NCBI GenBank assembly: GCA_946410125.1
Contig: CAMJZF010000001.1
Span: 3,005-67,004, forward strand
From: an uncultured Prevotellaceae bacterium
GTDB taxonomy: Bacteria > Bacteroidota > Bacteroidia > Bacteroidales > Muribaculaceae
DNA length: 64,000 nucleotides
Reading direction: 5' to 3'
In this document: piece after piece, positions 59,761-64,000 of the stretch
How positions within the stretch are numbered: the first letter of the stretch is position 1
Layout: each line of letters begins with the position of its first letter
The notes under the pieces: generated by a model
Told to the model about the DNA's origin: nothing
The model's database searches: none
The model's input: the letters and a program-made list of their open reading frames with translations, nothing else
Translations under genes and position numbers: made by a program

Positions 59761-61956
59761 TTATTTCTTGCGGCACTCGCCTGGCACTGTTCCATACTCA
59801 TCCTTGTAGCATTTAGTAAAATAGGATGGAGAGCCGAATCCTACCTTATAGGCAATCTCGCTCACTGTCATTGCTGTGGTGGTGAGCAATTGATACGCTG
59901 CCTGTAGTCGAGCCCTGCGCAGCAAATCGACAGGCGTGTTTCCAGTGATCGCTTTTATCTTGCGATAGAGTTGCACACGGCTAAGCCCAATCTCTCGGCT
60001 TAGGTCCTCAACGCTCAATTCGCTGTTGCCCATTTTGCTTTCCAGAATAGTCTTAAAGCGCTCGATGAAGGGATCGCTGATATAATCTACGGCCGATTCA
60101 GACTGTTCGCTTGCAGTTTCGGCAGGAAGCTTGGCGCTCCACAAGTCTTTTAACTGATGTCGGCTCTGAAGCAGATTGGCAATGCGGGCTAGCAGCAAAT
60201 CGCTTGAGAAGGGTTTCGTGATATAGGCATCGGCGCCACTCTCATATCCTTCAATCTGATGCTCACTCAGTGCCCTCGCCGTGAGCAGTATTACTGGGAT
60301 GTGGCAAGTGATTATATTGGTTTTCACACTTTGGCAAAACTCCAGGCCGTTCATGTTTGGCATCATTACGTCCGACACAATGATATCGGGCACCAGCTCT
60401 TCAGCGATTTCTAATCCATGCTGCCCGTCGCAGGCCTCAAGCACTTTATATTTCCCTTTAAGGATAGAATTGAGATAAGCTCGAATGTCGGCATTGTCGT
60501 CAACAATCAGCACGGTGGACGCATTCTCGTCAATCTCGTCAACACTAGATACAGTATCAACTGGGCGAGTTACTATCATTGCGTCTATCTCATCGCCATC
60601 CATGCTCGAACTGGGAGCTCCCACTTGGGCGTCAAGCAACTTTGAGATAAGTTTAGTAAGATGCCGTGTGTTGCGTCTCACTATAGAAAAGATGCCATTA
60701 GTTTCCTCGCTGGCGTTTTTAATCTCAGGGGTTTCGGCAAGCTGTTCAAGTGGACCTTCAATAAGGGTAAGTGGAGTGCGCAGCTCATGACTGACTTGGG
60801 TGTAGAAATCAAGTTGGTCTCGCTCCATCTGCCGGCGCTCATCCTGTATTTTTGCGCGTTGCAGATAATACATGTAAATGCCTAGCAACAATGTGAGCAA
60901 CAGCCCTATTGCCACCAAGGCAAGCCATGAAATCGTGCGCTGGCTGTTGAGTTCACGCATATATCCGCTGGCTTTCTCGTGCAGCTGCTCAATATTCTTT
61001 GACTGCCTTATCACCTCATCACTCTCAAGCTTGAGCACGCGAGCATTGTCATGAGTGACCAAGGCCGACATGAATTTTGTCTCTTTCTTATAGGGCTTGC
61101 CCTCAAGAATGTCTACTGCAAGCTGTATCAGCTGGTCGCCATGAGTAGGATAAATATAGGACGCCTCAAGCAACGAGTCGCGCACTAGCCTGATACCGCC
61201 ATCCTCGCCTGGCAAACCGTCGATTCCACAAAACAGAGGCAGCTTCTTGCCTTTCTCACTAAATGCCTTGCGTGCGCCCATCGCCGAACGGTCGTTCATG
61301 CCAAACACTAAATCAACGTCAACACCATCGTGGGCATCAAGCCATTGTTTTACTATGGAGTAGGCAGTTGGTTCAGTCCAGTCGCCCTGAAGGGTCGATA
61401 CCACCTCTATGCCAGGATGCTGCGATATGGCACTCACAAAGCCATCGTGACGCTCAATAGCTGGCGAAGAGCCCTTCAGACCCATCACTTCCATTATCTT
61501 TCCCTTTCCGTTGAGCCTCGTGGCAATATATTCGCCCATCAAGCGCCCCATCTCATAGTTGTCGGCACCCATATATGCCGTATATTTCTTAGAGCTCGTC
61601 TTCCGCTCAAACACGATGACCGGAATGCCCTTGTCATAGGCCCTATCAATCGCCGACGAGATAGTAGAAACCTGATTAGGCGCAACAATCAGTAAGTCGA
61701 TACCACAGTCTATGAGGCTGTCGATCTGCTGAATCTGACGCTCGTCGCTATCGTAGGCCGCCGCAAAACGCAACACAACATTATCATGAAAATAGGCTCC
61801 AATTTTCAATTCTGAGTTTTGTTTGTTGCGCCAAATATCATCAGAGCACTGCGAAACACCTATTCTATATTTCTTAGTGCCATGAGAGCAAGAGGCCAAA
61901 ATTGCTAAAAATAAAACTATGATTATCCAATAAACATTTCTCATGTTTTTATACAT
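59761..61956 (-). CDS. Fructose-sensing hybrid two-component regulator (BT1754-like) lacking the HATPase domain
   Basis: Periplasmic-binding-protein sensor (GVSQCSDDIWR), TM, HisKA (SHELRTPL), REC (DVMMP), AraC HTH. Confidence 0.88.
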   Translation of the reverse strand: MYKNMRNVYWIIIVLFLAILASCSHGTKKYRIGVSQCSDDIWRNKQNSELKIGAYFHDNVVLRFAAAYDSDERQIQQIDSLIDCGIDLLIVAPNQVSTISSAIDRAYDKGIPVIVFERKTSSKKYTAYMGADNYEMGRLMGEYIATRLNGKGKIMEVMGLKGSSPAIERHDGFVSAISQHPGIEVVSTLQGDWTEPTAYSIVKQWLDAHDGVDVDLVFGMNDRSAMGARKAFSEKGKKLPLFCGIDGLPGEDGGIRLVRDSLLEASYIYPTHGDQLIQLAVDILEGKPYKKETKFMSALVTHDNARVLKLESDEVIRQSKNIEQLHEKASGYMRELNSQRTISWLALVAIGLLLTLLLGIYMYYLQRAKIQDERRQMERDQLDFYTQVSHELRTPLTLIEGPLEQLAETPEIKNASEETNGIFSIVRRNTRHLTKLISKLLDAQVGAPSSSMDGDEIDAMIVTRPVDTVSSVDEIDENASTVLIVDDNADIRAYLNSILKGKYKVLEACDGQHGLEIAEELVPDIIVSDVMMPNMNGLEFCQSVKTNIITCHIPVILLTARALSEHQIEGYESGADAYITKPFSSDLLLARIANLLQSRHQLKDLWSAKLPAETASEQSESAVDYISDPFIERFKTILESKMGNSELSVEDLSREIGLSRVQLYRKIKAITGNTPVDLLRRARLQAAYQLLTTTAMTVSEIAYKVGFGSPSYFTKCYKDEYGTVPGECRKK

Positions 61957-61999
61957 TCATGTATATTGCTATAAATTTTTAGAATGCAAATTTCATAAA

Positions 62000-62117
62000 A
62001 ATTCCATTATCCTCCAAATCTATTCAACAAAAATACATTTCATCCCCTTTTTAAAATCAAAACCACACATAAAAACCTAACAGCCCCGTCCATCTAAATT
62101 TGAAGAATAATGGAATT
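62000..62117. repeat. 23-bp imperfect inverted repeat upstream of the HTCS
   Basis: AATTCCATTATCCTCCAAATCTA (62000-62022) vs TAAATTTGAAGAATAATGGAATT (62095-62117), 20/23. Confidence 0.65.
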
Positions 62118-62337
62118 AAAGAATTGAGACAATTGCCCAACATATACAAAATTTCGGTTTACTAAAATTCTCGAGCGTATAAAATATGGCTTATGTTACA
62201 AACCTCCGTCAAATAATATTGAAGATGAGATTTTTAACTAAAAATCAAAATTTTCAAAACAACAAAAAATGGCATTAAGTCATTGAAAACCAACCAACAA
62301 CACAGTTCTAATCCCACCACATAATCGTACACTTGTG

Positions 62338-62473
62338 CCGTAGCCTTAGTTGGTGGCGGCACTTATCCCACGCCGGGAGAGATTTCGCTGGCTTACAACG
62401 GTGTCCTTTTCCTTGATGAGTTGCCTGAGTTCAACCGCTCGGTGCTTGAGGTGATGCGGCAGCCGCTTGAGGA
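62338..62473 (+). pseudogene. comM: Internal comM fragment (att-like remnant)
   Basis: Encodes [45 protein letters not shown]; 117/136 nt identical to 46757-46892. Confidence 0.92.
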
Positions 62474-62720
62474 TGATTATATGGATTATCAGTGGTTTGA
62501 TTTTAATGAATTTACCCACTGCTATTGCCCAACTCTATGAACTTGTGGTCATGCTAAACTACGCGAAGAATTGGCTATGGTTCTTTACTATCATTATCAG
62601 TAGGGTGAGCGCACTTGCTGTTACACAACACTTTAACAAAGTTAATAACCGACCCATTGGCAGAATCAAGTGTGCGCCCGCTTAATTCCACCAGCGGGTA
62701 AATATAAGCATTTTGGGTGG

Positions 62721-64000
62721 TTAATCCTTCAAACAACCGATAGGCACAACCATTACGCCATCTGTTCTCATGTAAGCATATTGTCCTACGGCAGTTAAAA
62801 CCATCTTAAATGATGGTTTCTTCATTCTTGTTGTGTCTATCTTTTCAGCCAAATTGTTTAGATTGGCAGCCCCTTCCGCAATAAGTGTATCACCACCCAG
62901 TTTTATCTCAATGAGACCATAGCTGCCGTTTCTCAAATGCATAACAGTGTCACATTCAAGACCACTCTTGTCTCTGTAATGGAACACATCTCCATCGTTG
63001 GCTTCGGCATACACACGAAGGTCTCGCACACAGAGCGTTTCAAAAAACAAGCCCAAAGTGTTCAAGTCGTTAAGCAAGTCATCAGGTCCTATGCCTAAAG
63101 CCGCAATAGCCAAAGATGGATCCACAAAATAGCGTGTGTCGCTGGTTCGTATGGCGGTTTTTGAACGCAGATTGGGGTTCCAGGCTGGCATGTCCTCTAT
63201 CACGAAAATCTTTTTCAATGCCTTGATATATGACGAGACTGTTTCGTCGCTCATGTTTTCAGGCTCATTCGTTTTCATGTCCTCTATGATAGTAGGTATA
63301 CTGGCCATAGCTCCTTGTAATCGTGCATAGGAGCGCATAAGCCTCTTGGCACGGAACTCATCTCTTTCAACTCCGTCAACTCTTGAAATGTCAGAGCGTG
63401 TTATGGCTTCAAAATACTCTGTGACTTGACGAAGTGATGCCTTCTGACTTTTCTTGGTTAGAGATTTAGGCCAGCCACCTCGGCAAATGGCAAAAGCAAT
63501 GTCTTCCATCTTAAGCACACTTTCTCCATCAACCTTTTCTGGCTTAGCAAAAAGAGCCCTGACACTCACATCTCCTGAAGATTCTCCCGATTCCCACAAC
63601 GTCATGGGGCGCATGGTGAGCCATGCAAAACGACCAGCACCAGTATGGCGAATTCTTGATTTATCTGCAGGAACGGCCGAGCCTGTAAGTATGAACAAAC
63701 CATCATCCTTTTTGTGGTCTGCTTCAAACCTTACGGCATCCCATATTTGAGGAGCTATCTGCCATTCGTCAATAAGTCTCGGTGTGGCACCTTGAAGCAG
63801 TCGTTTAATGTTTGTTTCCGCCATCTGGAGGTTTTGCCTTATGTTTGCGGGGTCATCCATATACAGGATACTCTTAGCTTGCTGTTCTGCTGTTGTTGTC
63901 TTGCCACAAGCTTTAGGTCCTTCAATAAGAACAGCTCCCATTGCTTCTAATCTCTCTTCTAAGAGAATGTCTGCAATCCTCTTCCGATAATTGAAAGTGT
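62721..64000 (-). CDS. AAA_14/DUF4143 ATP-binding protein (start probably just beyond the window)
   Basis: GPKACGKTT, LIDEWQ, ILTGS, C-terminal YRDKSGLECD..LIEIKLG; frame open to window edge. Confidence 0.88.
   Translation of the reverse strand, partial: TFNYRKRIADILLEERLEAMGAVLIEGPKACGKTTTAEQQAKSILYMDDPANIRQNLQMAETNIKRLLQGATPRLIDEWQIAPQIWDAVRFEADHKKDDGLFILTGSAVPADKSRIRHTGAGRFAWLTMRPMTLWESGESSGDVSVRALFAKPEKVDGESVLKMEDIAFAICRGGWPKSLTKKSQKASLRQVTEYFEAITRSDISRVDGVERDEFRAKRLMRSYARLQGAMASIPTIIEDMKTNEPENMSDETVSSYIKALKKIFVIEDMPAWNPNLRSKTAIRTSDTRYFVDPSLAIAALGIGPDDLLNDLNTLGLFFETLCVRDLRVYAEANDGDVFHYRDKSGLECDTVMHLRNGSYGLIEIKLGGDTLIAEGAANLNNLAEKIDTTRMKKPSFKMVLTAVGQYAYMRTDGVMVVPIGCLKD

Larger units (their letters stand above)
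46757..62473. mobile_element. Putative comM-integrated genomic island carrying a fructan PUL (no integrase seen)
   Basis: 136-bp direct repeat of an internal comM segment at 46757-46892 and 62338-62473. Confidence 0.6.

Noticed and set aside
62467-62685. 72-aa hydrophobic ORF after the comM fragment
   Set aside because: TTG start lies within the comM remnant; no recognisable family; cannot be supported

Overview
Chromosomal window from a Bacteroidales bacterium (TAnnTTTG promoters, SusC/SusD, HTCS). 1-47.5 kb is mostly housekeeping: pyrH, nadK, pdxJ, exbB-exbD-tonB, rdgB, leuS, nadA, ridA, ybeY-mnmG-apt-uvrC, tRNA-Tyr, a probable 6S RNA and comM/yifB. Interspersed accessory genes include an MNT-HEPN toxin-antitoxin pair and an AAA ATPase with an amber stop inside its Walker A motif. 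The AT-rich nadA-ridA intergenic region (27.45-27.93 kb) has clustered DnaA boxes, and two parS sites lie 8-10 kb away, so the window probably contains oriC without an adjacent dnaA. 47.5-62.3 kb is a complete fructan/levan PUL (BT1754/BT1757-1763-like), bounded by comM and a second, synonymously diverged 136-bp internal comM fragment, consistent with a comM-targeted island that left comM intact. The most unusual signals: (i) two convergent copies of one structured RNA motif upstream of susC, with conserved loops, different stems and separate promoters; (ii) a fructose-sensing hybrid two-component regulator with no HATPase domain; (iii) a 52-bp heptad-repeat promoter module shared by leuS and ybeY-mnmG on either side of the putative origin. 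All calls are from reading the sequence; no searches were run.
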